DNA of 64,000 bases, from positions 62,001 to 126,000 of IMG/VR virus record IMGVR_UViG_3300027759_000046, one strand, 5' to 3'. Below are positions 1 through 10,163 of the stretch, one piece after another (within the stretch, counting starts at the first letter, position 1; each line of letters starts with the position of its first letter). Under the pieces are notes generated by a model. That model had not been told where the DNA came from. It did not search any database and saw only the letters and a program-made list of their open reading frames with translations. The position numbers and the translations under genes were made by a program.

Positions 1-2
1 AA

Positions 3-233
3 CGTTGGATGCACGTGTGGTCCTCGTGGGCCCATTGGATCCAGGTCAATATCTTCTGATTCAATATCAGCAGATCCACCCATTCTTTTTATTTGAGCAA
101 GGCCTTCTTCCTGAGAGTTTACTGGAATCAAAGTGTTTTGACCAACTACATAGTAGCCGTCTTCGCGCTCTTCAATTCTCAATGGTCCAGACAGATCGAA
201 TTCCATGCCATCACTAAATTTAAGTTTTGACAT
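3..233 (-). CDS. Hypothetical protein, runs off the window edge (MSKLKFSDGMEFDLSGPLRIEERED...)
   Basis: My translation from ATG at 233; open to the window edge, co-oriented with upstream genes; absent from the ORF track. Confidence 0.6.
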   Translation of the reverse strand, partial: MSKLKFSDGMEFDLSGPLRIEEREDGYYVVGQNTLIPVNSQEEGLAQIKRMGGSADIESEDIDLDPMGPRGPHVHPT

Positions 234-244
234 AGTTAACTGAT

Positions 245-604
245 TTATTTAGGCATCTTTGCCATAGCTGGATCAACTTTCTTGTTGATAGCTTTACCTT
301 TGATAACAAGCTTAGAGATCTTAGGATCAACTTCTTTCTTAGAAGCAGTTCCACGACCCTTAGGCATATCGGCCATTTCAGGTTTCACCATTTTATTAGA
401 AGCAGAACCACGACCCTTAGGCATATCAGCCATTTCAGGTTTTACAGTTTTACTGATTGCTCTACCTTTTCCAACAGGAAGTGCAGACATCTCATCATCA
501 ACTTGTTTTGTAATTCTTTTGCCTTTAGCTGGAGCGCCTTTAGCAAGATCTTGATTCGTTTTCTTTTCAAAAAGATACTCTTCGTAGCTTAAAACTGATT
601 TCAT
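245..604 (-). CDS. Small basic repeat protein, putative internal head protein
   Basis: N-terminus MKSVLSYEEYLFE (CTS-like); about four KGR...KPEMADMP repeats; directly downstream of the capsid gene. Confidence 0.6.
   Translation of the reverse strand: MKSVLSYEEYLFEKKTNQDLAKGAPAKGKRITKQVDDEMSALPVGKGRAISKTVKPEMADMPKGRGSASNKMVKPEMADMPKGRGTASKKEVDPKISKLVIKGKAINKKVDPAMAKMPK
340..450. repeat. 57-nt tandem repeat inside the basic protein gene
   Basis: tagaagcag..ccacgacccttaggcatatc.gccatttcaggttt occurs twice, 57 nt apart. Confidence 0.8.
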
Positions 605-681
605 GTGAATTTTGTTTTTTTGTAATTTCTTTTTTGCTAATCCTAGCTAGGTTATTTATTAGTGAAAGTCGGCTAAAAAAG

Positions 682-708
682 AAAAGGCTCCCTTTTGAGG
701 AGCCTTTT
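682..708 (-). terminator. Intrinsic terminator after the major capsid gene
   Basis: AAAAGGCTCC/GGAGCCTTTT stem followed by a U-tract on the minus strand. Confidence 0.85.
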
Positions 709-730
709 ACTATGAATAATCTAGTTAAGA

Positions 731-2410
731 TTAAGCTGCGTATCCAGTTGAAGGAGCAACAGAACCAGTCAATACTCCTAGGCCAGTTACTTCCATAGTG
801 ATGTATTGTGTTTCTGGGTGCCATCCAGCTTCCGTGATAGCATAACGAGATTTCATACCAATTTTCGGAGAGAAAGTACCCTCTGCAATTGTTTGAAGAC
901 TCTCAGCCATGATATATGGAAGGAATTTAACACCTGGCTCTTCGTCAGCGCCTTTACGTCCGATGTGGATGCGGTTGTCGCTGAATTTCAAGTTAGGATC
1001 TACGTATACAGTTAAACCGTGTACTTTACCAGCTGGGTAAAGTTGACCAGGTCCTGAAGGAAGATCGTTATTGAATGGAGCAAAAGAGTAACCAGCAACG
1101 TCAGCAAGAGCTGAAGCTACACGGCCGTTAGTAACGATGTATGTACCAGCACCGAAACGACCTCTGTGATAAATCAAGTTAGCCATTTCAAGGATTTTAG
1201 TAACAACACGACGTTGTAGAGTTGAGATGTTTTCGAAACCTGAACCGATCGTAAGATCTAAGTTAACGATTCCAGCGCCTTCAACTGCTTCTAACGTAGT
1301 TTTATGAGTTTTACCTAAGTTAAATACTCTGTCAACTAATTTTTTGTTGATACCTTGTGCAAGTTCATTAACTGCTACGTTCTCTAACATAGAGATTACG
1401 TCGAAATTCCAAACTCGGTTAAGATCTTGGATTTGCTCAACAGTTGCAGAGATTGCTACTTGGTCTCCTTTTGCCTCAATGAATTTCGTAAACATACGAA
1501 GACCCATTTGACGGAATTTAGAAGCTTCAGCAACTTCACGAGTCATACCGTCGTAGTTAACTTGAGAACCAGTAGAACCTAAGAAAGGACCATCGAAATC
1601 AACGTCAGCTTCAGTTGTAGTTGAAGTGAAACCTGAAATGTGGTTTTCTAAAGCAGATACTAGAGCTGCAGTTTGAGTAGTCAAAGACTTAGTGTAAGCG
1701 TGAGAAGCACCATTAACTGTAATAGTTGTGAAAGTTTCACCGTTAGTTACGAAATCATTGATTGTCTTAGTCTCATCGCCAGTTGTGTTAACTACTTTAA
1801 ACATAGCTACTCCATCAATACGTGAGAATCCGATGAATGATAAGTTCAATACGTCTCCACCACCTAAATCGATCTTAGAAGTATCACCAGCTACGAAAGA
1901 AGCTAGAGTACCTGTAGAAAGAGTAGTAGTTTTAACGAAACCGTTGATTTTGATTACGAAAGGCTCGTATTGTTTGTCAACGTTACCACCTTGGTATACG
2001 TAATCCAAATAAGGTAAGAAACCTACTGGAGAATCCATAGGAACTACACCAACTAGATCGAAACCTACAGTTTTAGCAGCTACTTGAATAGCGATAGGTA
2101 ACAAGCTTGGGAATTTATCACCAGAACCAGCTACGTTATAGCTATTTTTTGCACCATTTGTGAATGGAGTCATTGAAGAAGTTGGAGCAGAGATTGCACC
2201 CATTGCAGATACTGAACCTGGTTGTTGTAAGAACAAACCTGGAGCAGTGCTCTCGTTTAATGAACCTGCGTTATCAAAGATTGCGTGGTTGTGAGCGTAA
2301 TCTACCAACCAAGGGCGAGATTGTACGTTTGCACCATAACCTTCTAATACTGGGGTCCAAGTTTCCGTAACTGAAGCGTCATTCAGTCTTTTGAAAATTT
2401 TTGTTGCCAT
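731..2410 (-). CDS. Major capsid protein, T4 gp23-like
   Basis: W.PVLE N-arm, SLNE|ST maturation site, VGVVPMDSPVG, KFLPY, F.PKIGMKSRY motifs. Confidence 0.93.
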   Translation of the reverse strand: MATKIFKRLNDASVTETWTPVLEGYGANVQSRPWLVDYAHNHAIFDNAGSLNESTAPGLFLQQPGSVSAMGAISAPTSSMTPFTNGAKNSYNVAGSGDKFPSLLPIAIQVAAKTVGFDLVGVVPMDSPVGFLPYLDYVYQGGNVDKQYEPFVIKINGFVKTTTLSTGTLASFVAGDTSKIDLGGGDVLNLSFIGFSRIDGVAMFKVVNTTGDETKTINDFVTNGETFTTITVNGASHAYTKSLTTQTAALVSALENHISGFTSTTTEADVDFDGPFLGSTGSQVNYDGMTREVAEASKFRQMGLRMFTKFIEAKGDQVAISATVEQIQDLNRVWNFDVISMLENVAVNELAQGINKKLVDRVFNLGKTHKTTLEAVEGAGIVNLDLTIGSGFENISTLQRRVVTKILEMANLIYHRGRFGAGTYIVTNGRVASALADVAGYSFAPFNNDLPSGPGQLYPAGKVHGLTVYVDPNLKFSDNRIHIGRKGADEEPGVKFLPYIMAESLQTIAEGTFSPKIGMKSRYAITEAGWHPETQYITMEVTGLGVLTGSVAPSTGYAA

Positions 2411-2428
2411 TTTATTAAAAATGTTTTT

Positions 2429-4411
2429 TTAGTTTTGTGCTCTTCTTTTGAGAGCGTCTAGATAGCTATTTGAATAACCTCTTAGACTTTCGTTTACTTG
2501 TACTAACGATATGTAGCCCTCTTTACCTTGGCTTTCGTTAATTGTTTGATTATTTATATTATTTGCTTGCGCAATTCTTTCATTTACTGTTCTAAGATCG
2601 CGAGAATCCCAGAATGCTTTAGCTTGATAAGGAGTGTTGATCACTTGAGTAGAAGCTTGAGCAGCCATCCAATTACGTTCAGCATCATTCATACTTTCAA
2701 ATACTGTTTTGTATTTTTCTGGCATGAAACGAACGTAAGCTGGAGTGTTTTCCGTTTGTTTATTCATTACTGATTCCATGATATTGATAACTTCACCTTC
2801 AGTAAAGAAGATAGCGCCTCTCATAGTTTCAACGATTGCTGTTTTAGTATCAGCATCCAAAGCATAGAATTTTTGCTTGTTAGATTCACTAAGAAGTTTC
2901 AAGAAAGGATATTTGTTTTCAAGAACTGCATTCGCTGAATTAGATTTGATATGAGATAAGATACCGTCAACTGCGTTAGCTAATTCATCAACTCCTGAAG
3001 CATCTGTAACTTCGTAGCTTGCACTTTCGTTAAGTTTCTTAACGTCAGATAACAATCTGCGAGCTTTGATATTTGTGTTTGGAGTAATCTTTTCATTCAT
3101 TGTTTCAGCGATGTACTCAGAATAAGCAATTCCTTTCTGTACGTTTTCGCCAAGATACTCAGAATATTTGATTGCTGCATCTAGGTTTTCAGCTAAGTAG
3201 TTTGCAAATTTAATACCTTTTTCAGCATTCTCTGCAACGTATTCAGCGTATTGAATTCCTTTGTCAACGTTCTGAGCTAAGTAGTTTGAGTAAGCAATAT
3301 TCTTCTCAACGTTTTCAGCAACATACTCGCCGTAATTGATAGATTGGTTAACTTTCTCTCCTAGATAATCAGAGTATTGAATGTTTTTCTCAACTTTTTC
3401 TGCTAAGTAATCACCGTAATCGATAACGTTGTTAACTTTTTCTGCAACATGCTCAGTATATCCAATACCTTTATTTAGCATGGTTGAAAGGTAGTTTGAA
3501 TACTCAACCATTTTTTCCATTTCACTTGCTAAGTAATTTACATACTCAACTAGTTTTCCAGTTTCTGGTGATTCATTGCTATTTTCATTAAGAGAGCGAA
3601 TTCCAGCGTTGTTTTTCGAAAGGTTTTCTTGAAGAGCATCGAATTTCTTCTTAACCAATTGCGAATACTGGTTCATTTCTTCTCTTGATACAAAGTCATT
3701 AGCCATTTGCTTATTATTATTTTGTTGTTTAGTGATTTCAGAATTATTTATTCTATAGATCTTTACAGAATCTTCAAATGAGAAGCTTTCTGATATATCT
3801 GTTAACTTATTTGTGATGGAAGTTGTCTTAATGCCGTCCAAAGACTCAAAAAGTACAGAAAAATTGTCCCTTAAGCTCTCAGAAACCTGAGTTAGGGAAG
3901 CTTGTGAGAATCCTGGTTCAGCAACGATATCGTAAGTAAAGATTTTTTGAATCTTAACGACTCCGCTCTCGTTTACGTTACCTGCTGCTCTTGATGAAGT
4001 TGAGATTGTACAACCTGACTCAACTAGAGTCTTTGCAATACGACCACATGGAGTATCAAGAACTTTAAGTTTAATACGAACAGTATTTGAAGGTTCGTCA
4101 TAAGTAAGAGCTTCAACCACGTGAGAAACGTTCTTTAGGGAAACGTCAAAACTTTGTGGATGGTCTAACTCTCCGAATAACTGACCCTTTTGGATCTTCT
4201 CATTTAGATATGAAAGATGAGGCAAGTACTCTTGCTTCTCATAGATACGATTGTTCTCGTTCTTTTGTCCAAAGACTGCACAAATACCCTCAAGGATAAT
4301 TGAGCCATCGTTTGATTTTGAAACGTTCAACGCTTCGTTAACTCGCTCGATGATGAATAATTGACTATCATCGAAGCCAGTCTTTAGTAAGTTTGTTTTA
4401 GCGCTAGTCAA
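2429..4411 (-). CDS. Prohead core protease (gp21-like) fused to a scaffold-like repeat region
   Basis: LEGICAV..KNENNRIY, GELDHP, SSRAAG, TYDIVAEPGF motifs; long helical C-terminal region; TTG start. Confidence 0.9.
   Translation of the reverse strand: MTSAKTNLLKTGFDDSQLFIIERVNEALNVSKSNDGSIILEGICAVFGQKNENNRIYEKQEYLPHLSYLNEKIQKGQLFGELDHPQSFDVSLKNVSHVVEALTYDEPSNTVRIKLKVLDTPCGRIAKTLVESGCTISTSSRAAGNVNESGVVKIQKIFTYDIVAEPGFSQASLTQVSESLRDNFSVLFESLDGIKTTSITNKLTDISESFSFEDSVKIYRINNSEITKQQNNNKQMANDFVSREEMNQYSQLVKKKFDALQENLSKNNAGIRSLNENSNESPETGKLVEYVNYLASEMEKMVEYSNYLSTMLNKGIGYTEHVAEKVNNVIDYGDYLAEKVEKNIQYSDYLGEKVNQSINYGEYVAENVEKNIAYSNYLAQNVDKGIQYAEYVAENAEKGIKFANYLAENLDAAIKYSEYLGENVQKGIAYSEYIAETMNEKITPNTNIKARRLLSDVKKLNESASYEVTDASGVDELANAVDGILSHIKSNSANAVLENKYPFLKLLSESNKQKFYALDADTKTAIVETMRGAIFFTEGEVINIMESVMNKQTENTPAYVRFMPEKYKTVFESMNDAERNWMAAQASTQVINTPYQAKAFWDSRDLRTVNERIAQANNINNQTINESQGKEGYISLVQVNESLRGYSNSYLDALKRRAQN
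3091..3553 (-). repeat. 11 tandem 14-aa repeats (xIxYxEYLAExxxK) in the protease-scaffold
   Basis: LVEYVNYLASEMEK through GIAYSEYIAETMNE, counted in the translation. Confidence 0.9.
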
Positions 4412-4431
4412 CTTGTATAAGACTTTTTTGT

Positions 4432-4439
4432 TATTTATA
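4432..4439 (-). promoter_or_regulatory. T4-type late promoter TATAAATA upstream of protease/capsid operon
   Basis: Exact TATAAATA about 20 nt upstream of the gp21-like start. Confidence 0.8.
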
Positions 4440-4477
4440 TAGCGACCTATCGGTTAAAATAGACAGCTATACTAACA

Positions 4478-5356
4478 TTATTTATCAAAGCCTTTCAGTA
4501 ATTCTTTAAGCGTAGTTAACTCTTCTTCAGATAATTTAGATAGATCAGGTTTATTTACCTTGATCTCAAATATAAAAGAGCCGTTTGTCCCAGCTGGCGT
4601 AAATAATCCATGGTCAGGAATTCTAACTCTAATATCTGATAAACTATTTACAGTTAGTGATTTTATGCGATATTTTTTACCCAGGGGATTTTCCAAGATA
4701 ATTTCGTCTGAAAATAAGACATCTCTGAGCTCAACATTAGTTGTCTGAACAATATCAAAGTCTTTAAGTTGCAGCCCCTGTAGATCTATAATTATTCTAA
4801 CTATTAGATCCCCAGATACGCTATTTTGCCTAGCCTTTCCAAAAAAGTCAGACCGTTCAAAGACCTGGCTAGAACCGGCTCCCTTAATTCTAAGAATAAC
4901 TGCATCAACTGATCCGCCAATCTTTGTGATAGGGTATGCAGTCTTACTCAAGTTAACCTTTATCTTATAAGACTTATTATCAAATGATGATTTATCAAGG
5001 CCAGATTTTGAAATTTGATATTCTACTGTGAATTCAACGCCTGCCATTAGTTCGCTTAGCGAAAACTTACGGTCCCTTACGATATTTAGATGAGACGGAT
5101 CAAATCCATTAAAAGAAAAGTCATGAAATGTTGTGAAATATTCGTTAACTGATCCGCCATTTAACGTCCGATCATAGTCGGCTCTTTTATTTGAATCTCC
5201 GAGTGTTTCGTAAGCTTCAACTATTTTCTTAAAGTGCTCTTCTCCTTCCGGGTTTCGGTCGGGGTGATACTGTTTAGTAAGTTTGCGGTACGCCTTTTTA
5301 ATTTCATCAGAATCAGCATTCTCTTGAATCTCAAGGACTTCATAATAATTTTTCAA
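4478..5356 (-). CDS. dnaJ: DnaJ/CbpA-like co-chaperone (J domain plus C-terminal domain, no Zn finger)
   Basis: [33 protein letters not shown]. Confidence 0.9.
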   Translation of the reverse strand: MKNYYEVLEIQENADSDEIKKAYRKLTKQYHPDRNPEGEEHFKKIVEAYETLGDSNKRADYDRTLNGGSVNEYFTTFHDFSFNGFDPSHLNIVRDRKFSLSELMAGVEFTVEYQISKSGLDKSSFDNKSYKIKVNLSKTAYPITKIGGSVDAVILRIKGAGSSQVFERSDFFGKARQNSVSGDLIVRIIIDLQGLQLKDFDIVQTTNVELRDVLFSDEIILENPLGKKYRIKSLTVNSLSDIRVRIPDHGLFTPAGTNGSFIFEIKVNKPDLSKLSEEELTTLKELLKGFDK

Positions 5357-5443
5357 AATAGATAAATCTGAAATAGTATTTCTAGTATAATACTATTAAG
5401 TAGATAATGGTTTACCTTAACCTCTGCTAAAAAAATCCGCCAT

Positions 5444-7234
5444 GTGAAACCAGCCATATTTACCTATTACAACAAAGCCGTCGAGTCAGTATTCTTTGAC
5501 AATATTGAATCCTTGATTAGAAATTCAGAACCGAATGCCTATTCAAAAATTATTATCTGTACAGAAGAAGAATTACCAAAGGCAATAATCTCTAAACTTA
5601 GGAGAGTTATGCCAATTGTAAGAACTTATCCAAATAGCCTATCTCAAAATTTATTAGATTTAGCGAAAGGCCCAATGTTTGTAAATCCTCTACTCTTGAG
5701 CGCATTTTCGCAATACGATCAAACTCTTACAGTATTTGATTCTTCAATATACGTAACCTCTGCTGTAACAAATTCAAATTTTCAAAACTGGTTCTATCAA
5801 TCACATCATGGCAAGATAAGTCATCAACTGTTTAAGATAACGCCGACTATCCAATTGTATCAGAGTGCGCGTGCATTTATGAGCTCAATGAAGCCAAGCG
5901 ATCCAGACAGCCTAAACGTATTTAGTTACTTTATTATAAACTGTCAATTACTGGCAACCAAGCATATTGTACCAGAAAAGTTAATTTTTTCAAATCCAAA
6001 ACCGGAAGATGTAATTAAATTGAATAGGCTCGTTGCAATTTCAACAATAAATCCAGTAGCCTCTCCGGAAAGGATTCGCGAAATCATAAAGACCCGTGCG
6101 GACCTATTGAGTTCACAAAAGCCTAGGCTTCTCTCAGCAATAATTTCAAAATTTTATAACTACATTGATCAACTGTCTTCGCCTGACGAGTTTGAAGATG
6201 ATGGCAAAACTTACATGCCTAGCACGCTAATCGTTGAAGTTCCGACAAATGATCCAACTTCTGCTGGCATTTCTCGAATGTTAAGGCTTGCAGTTGAACT
6301 ACCTCATTCAAATACAACAGCAGGCGGAATAACTGAGACTCTAAAACTTGCAAAGAAAATTCCAACTTCACCTCTAATCAGATTTCAAAGAATTACTGGA
6401 AGTTATCCTATCGACCTTGACCTACACTGGACAGTCGGTCTGCCGGATAACACTTTTCCAGAATGTGATGCCTGCATAACATATTCAGATAATCCATACC
6501 TAAATCAGCTAGTTAGTTTACCTCAAGTTGATAAAGTTATTCTGTACATGTTATCATACGGCATGGCAATCGATCGAGAACGCGCAAACGTTTTAAATCC
6601 AGACGTAATAGTCACATGTTCAACCAAAAAACTTGAAGAAGCAATTGCAAAAGAAGGAGTAAAAGTTCATAGAATCGGATTTGGTTTAGATATGGATCAC
6701 ATGTATGTCGACCCAAAAATTAAACGCAATAAGTATTTAGCTCTACTCTATCACCCATCATTGGCTAAACGATATGATTTAGGTGTAAAAATTGCAAACG
6801 CACTCTATTCAAACGGAACGATTGATGGAGTAATAACAGTCGGTTCATCAGTTAATTACGACATGCACAAGCATCCAATTGGACTCGTTAAACATTATCC
6901 GAATGCAAAACCAGCAGAGGTTAGAGCAGTTTTTAATCAAACTCAATGTTTTTTAATGCCATCAATTACTGAGGGTCTAAATCTTACACCAATTGAATCT
7001 ACTCTATGTGGATGCCCAGCAATTATTTGTGACGGCGCAATCAATGAAATATTTTATGAATCTCAAAACTGTAAAATTGCAAGAATTGATAATGAATCAC
7101 AAATGATTAATTTAGCAACTGATATTATTCAAAATTTCGATTTGTACTCTGAAAAATTCATGACCGATATGCAGGCAAGAGTTGCTGAAAATACTTGGGA
7201 AAATGTTGTTAAAAAATTAAATGAACTAATATAA
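5444..7234 (+). CDS. Glycosyltransferase, C-terminal GT4 (GT-B) domain with unknown N-terminal domain
   Basis: FLMPSITEGLNLTPIESTLCGCPAI resembles the GT4 E-x7-E signature. Confidence 0.75.
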   Translation: MKPAIFTYYNKAVESVFFDNIESLIRNSEPNAYSKIIICTEEELPKAIISKLRRVMPIVRTYPNSLSQNLLDLAKGPMFVNPLLLSAFSQYDQTLTVFDSSIYVTSAVTNSNFQNWFYQSHHGKISHQLFKITPTIQLYQSARAFMSSMKPSDPDSLNVFSYFIINCQLLATKHIVPEKLIFSNPKPEDVIKLNRLVAISTINPVASPERIREIIKTRADLLSSQKPRLLSAIISKFYNYIDQLSSPDEFEDDGKTYMPSTLIVEVPTNDPTSAGISRMLRLAVELPHSNTTAGGITETLKLAKKIPTSPLIRFQRITGSYPIDLDLHWTVGLPDNTFPECDACITYSDNPYLNQLVSLPQVDKVILYMLSYGMAIDRERANVLNPDVIVTCSTKKLEEAIAKEGVKVHRIGFGLDMDHMYVDPKIKRNKYLALLYHPSLAKRYDLGVKIANALYSNGTIDGVITVGSSVNYDMHKHPIGLVKHYPNAKPAEVRAVFNQTQCFLMPSITEGLNLTPIESTLCGCPAIICDGAINEIFYESQNCKIARIDNESQMINLATDIIQNFDLYSEKFMTDMQARVAENTWENVVKKLNELI

Positions 7235-7989
7235 TGACCAACGTAATAATTATCCCAGTTCACAATCAAGTATTTCACCTAAAGGCTTGTATTGAAAGTA
7301 TTAAGAAACATACAAAGAATTATTCTCTAATAATAGTCGACGACGGCTCAACTGATTATGAGACGGTTAAATGGATCGATGATTTACCTGATAAGATATT
7401 GATTCGTCATACTAAAGCAATGGGATTCTCTAAAGCATGTAATGACGGAATCGACTATGCTATAAAATATCTAGACTTTAACATTTTATGTTTGCTAAAT
7501 AGCGATACCGTAATTGTTACGCCAGACTGGTTAGATAAAATGGAGACAGAATTCAGTAAATTTGATAAGCCTGGGGTTGCAAGTGTTGTTAGCGATAATG
7601 CAACAACTCAAACAATACACAATCCTGCGAAATATTTAACTCAAATCGATACTAAACCGACCTTTAAGTCCCAACTAATTCATGGATTCTGTTATTTCAT
7701 GAGCCGCGAAGTCATCTTAACTCTCGGCAGATTTGATGGAGACCTATTTCCACATTACGGCAGTGAAGACGATTATTCGTTAAAATGTATAAGAAACGGG
7801 TTCACAAATTTCGTAGTCGGCAGCATCTTTATTAAACACAATGCTTCGACTAGCTATTCAGCGGAACGCCGAGAAGCCTTAATTGCAAAAAGCGTGCCGG
7901 CTCTATTAACCAGATGGACTCGGCAGTACGTTAGCGAATGCATAAACAGAAGTCTTCACATTCAAAAAATGCTAAACGAAAATGTATGA
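7234..7989 (+). CDS. GT2 family glycosyltransferase
   Basis: IIIPVHN, IVDDGSTD, GFSKACNDG, LLNSDT, GSEDDYSL. Confidence 0.9.
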   Translation: MTNVIIIPVHNQVFHLKACIESIKKHTKNYSLIIVDDGSTDYETVKWIDDLPDKILIRHTKAMGFSKACNDGIDYAIKYLDFNILCLLNSDTVIVTPDWLDKMETEFSKFDKPGVASVVSDNATTQTIHNPAKYLTQIDTKPTFKSQLIHGFCYFMSREVILTLGRFDGDLFPHYGSEDDYSLKCIRNGFTNFVVGSIFIKHNASTSYSAERREALIAKSVPALLTRWTRQYVSECINRSLHIQKMLNENV

Positions 7990-8635
7990 TATAAATCACA
8001 TATCCATGCAAGAATGGGCAGACCTAGTTAAAGAATATGCCAACTTTGAACCTCAATCAATCATGGATATTGGGGCAATGGATGGAGCGGATACTGAAAC
8101 TCTAGAATCAAATTTTAAAACAGGTAACGTTTACATAATTGAACCTCACCCAGTTCTCTATTCACGAATTTGCAAAAATCGGCCAGAGTTCAAGAGCTTT
8201 AATTTTGCAGCGTCCAACCAAACCTCTGAACTCGAATTCAATACTATCAATATTGAAAATTCAAACTTGGGGATCTCTTCATTATATGAAAGAGTTGACG
8301 ATTTAAGTTGGGCCTTGCCTAGTCAATTTGACAAGACCTCAGTAAAGTCAATGCGAATGGACGAATTTATGGAGTCTCAACAGATTGATACAATTGATCT
8401 ACTTAAAATAGATGTTGAAGGACACAGCTTTGAAGTATTAAAAGGATTTGGCGAACGTCTTAAATCAATCAAATGTATTCACATAGAAAATGAACATACT
8501 GAGGTCTGGAAAAATCAAAAACTATATCCAGAAGTAGAACCTATTCTGGTAAATAATGGATTCGTAATGCTCTCAATTAAAGTCGGATGGCCTCAAACTG
8601 ACTCAATCTGGATTCAAAAAAACTGTTTAAAATAA
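7982..8635 (+). CDS. FkbM-family methyltransferase
   Basis: DIGAMDG, IEPHP, IDLLKIDVEGH. Confidence 0.88.
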   Translation: MYDINHISMQEWADLVKEYANFEPQSIMDIGAMDGADTETLESNFKTGNVYIIEPHPVLYSRICKNRPEFKSFNFAASNQTSELEFNTINIENSNLGISSLYERVDDLSWALPSQFDKTSVKSMRMDEFMESQQIDTIDLLKIDVEGHSFEVLKGFGERLKSIKCIHIENEHTEVWKNQKLYPEVEPILVNNGFVMLSIKVGWPQTDSIWIQKNCLK

Positions 8636-8644
8636 TAATTTAAT

Positions 8645-9334
8645 ATGATTAACATGACCTACATTTACGATGAGTTTATGCACAAACTAAAAACTCAAGA
8701 AAATTTTTCTCTTGTGAGATACGGAGACGGCGAATGGGCTGTAGCTTTAAGAAAGGAGCCAACATATTCCATAATTTTAAGAAGGTTTGAAAAGGTAGAC
8801 GGCCTAATCAGATCAGGAGATACAATGCTTGACATTATAAAGTCTGGTCCCAAGTATTATTTTGGTCTTCAAAATCTTGCGCTAAGCCTTTGGCCTGAAG
8901 ATATCGAAAGCGCTATTCCAGATGGGGTCAATGTGATAAATGCAGATATGCTACACAGACTATCTGAAATGGGTTCTCTTGGAGACTTCTTTGATGTTTT
9001 AAAAACTCGAGAGCTTATCCTATTGGGGCCAGAATACCTTAAGAACCTAAATTTCTTAACCTTTGATCACGTTATTTCGCCTGATCCAAATTCTTGGGAT
9101 TATTGCGATGAGCTGCAGGCTCAAATTGAAGAAAAACTTGCAGGTAAAACTAATCCAGTAATTCTCTATTCGGCAAGCATTGCTGCTAAAATAATTATCG
9201 ACCGTATGTACAATAAGTATGGCGAAACGATAACTCAAATTGATACAGGTTCTCTATTGGATCCTTACGCTGGGGTCCATACTCGAGAATACCATAAAAC
9301 TGTATTGGAAAGACTTGCTTCACAGAAAAACTAA
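8645..9334 (+). CDS. GT-D fold-like (DUF1792-like) glycosyltransferase
   Basis: FSLVRYGDGE and IDTGSLLDPY motifs; paralog of 57664..58410. Confidence 0.6.
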   Translation: MINMTYIYDEFMHKLKTQENFSLVRYGDGEWAVALRKEPTYSIILRRFEKVDGLIRSGDTMLDIIKSGPKYYFGLQNLALSLWPEDIESAIPDGVNVINADMLHRLSEMGSLGDFFDVLKTRELILLGPEYLKNLNFLTFDHVISPDPNSWDYCDELQAQIEEKLAGKTNPVILYSASIAAKIIIDRMYNKYGETITQIDTGSLLDPYAGVHTREYHKTVLERLASQKN

Positions 9335-9335
9335 G

Positions 9336-10163
9336 ATGAAATTAGCTGCAGGATATGTCGTATTTGACGGATTGGAGACTCTTAGGGCGTCCCTAGCGTC
9401 AGTCAGAAATCAGGTCAATATAATTATTGTCTCATACCAACGGGTTTCCTGGGGAGGAACTATGGCGAAACCTGAGCTGATCCCAACTCTCAATGAATTA
9501 AAAAAAGAAGGGCTAATTGATCATATTATTGAGTTCACGCAGTTTAGACCAAGTAATCTAAAAACGCCAGACTCTGTAATTCAGGCCAAATCATTTGAGC
9601 TCAATAAGAGACAGAGTTGCCTTGATCTCGCACGTAGTCTTGGAGCAACACATTATCTTTCAATGGATGCTGACGAATGCTATCGAGATTCTGAATTTGC
9701 ATGGGCAAAGGCTGAGATTGAGACTCACTCACTTGATGCAACTGCTCTACACTATATTAACTACGTTACTCCAACTCTGCACAGAGGTCATTCGCGCTGG
9801 AAAATTCCATTCATCTATCGAGTTACTCCAACTTGTAGACATCATACTCTACAGCAAATATTTTCAGGAGTTGATCCAACTCGAGGTATGATAGACGACT
9901 CTTATCGCAAGAGTCGAGTATTTGAAAGGGATATAATCTCAATGCACCACATGGAAATGGTTAGGCACGATATTGAGGCCAAGTACCATGCATCAAGCAG
10001 ATTCTTTCCAAATCGAGAAAACCTAAATATTTTAGCGAATGATGTGGTTGAGGCCCAAAGAACTGGGTCTCTTAAATTTACCGGGCCTCATCTTGGAGAT
10101 GACGATCCCAAAGTAAGTAAATCCTTAATTGAGTGTCCAAACGAATTTGGGATAGACTTTTAG
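9336..10163 (+). CDS. Putative GT-A fold glycosyltransferase
   Basis: MKLAAGYVVFDGLETL start, NKRQSCLDLAR..THYLSMDADE (DxD motif); glycosylation cluster context. Confidence 0.6.
   Translation: MKLAAGYVVFDGLETLRASLASVRNQVNIIIVSYQRVSWGGTMAKPELIPTLNELKKEGLIDHIIEFTQFRPSNLKTPDSVIQAKSFELNKRQSCLDLARSLGATHYLSMDADECYRDSEFAWAKAEIETHSLDATALHYINYVTPTLHRGHSRWKIPFIYRVTPTCRHHTLQQIFSGVDPTRGMIDDSYRKSRVFERDIISMHHMEMVRHDIEAKYHASSRFFPNRENLNILANDVVEAQRTGSLKFTGPHLGDDDPKVSKSLIECPNEFGIDF

Noticed and set aside
282-554. Plus-strand ORF with repeats
   Set aside because: Antisense shadow of the basic repeat gene
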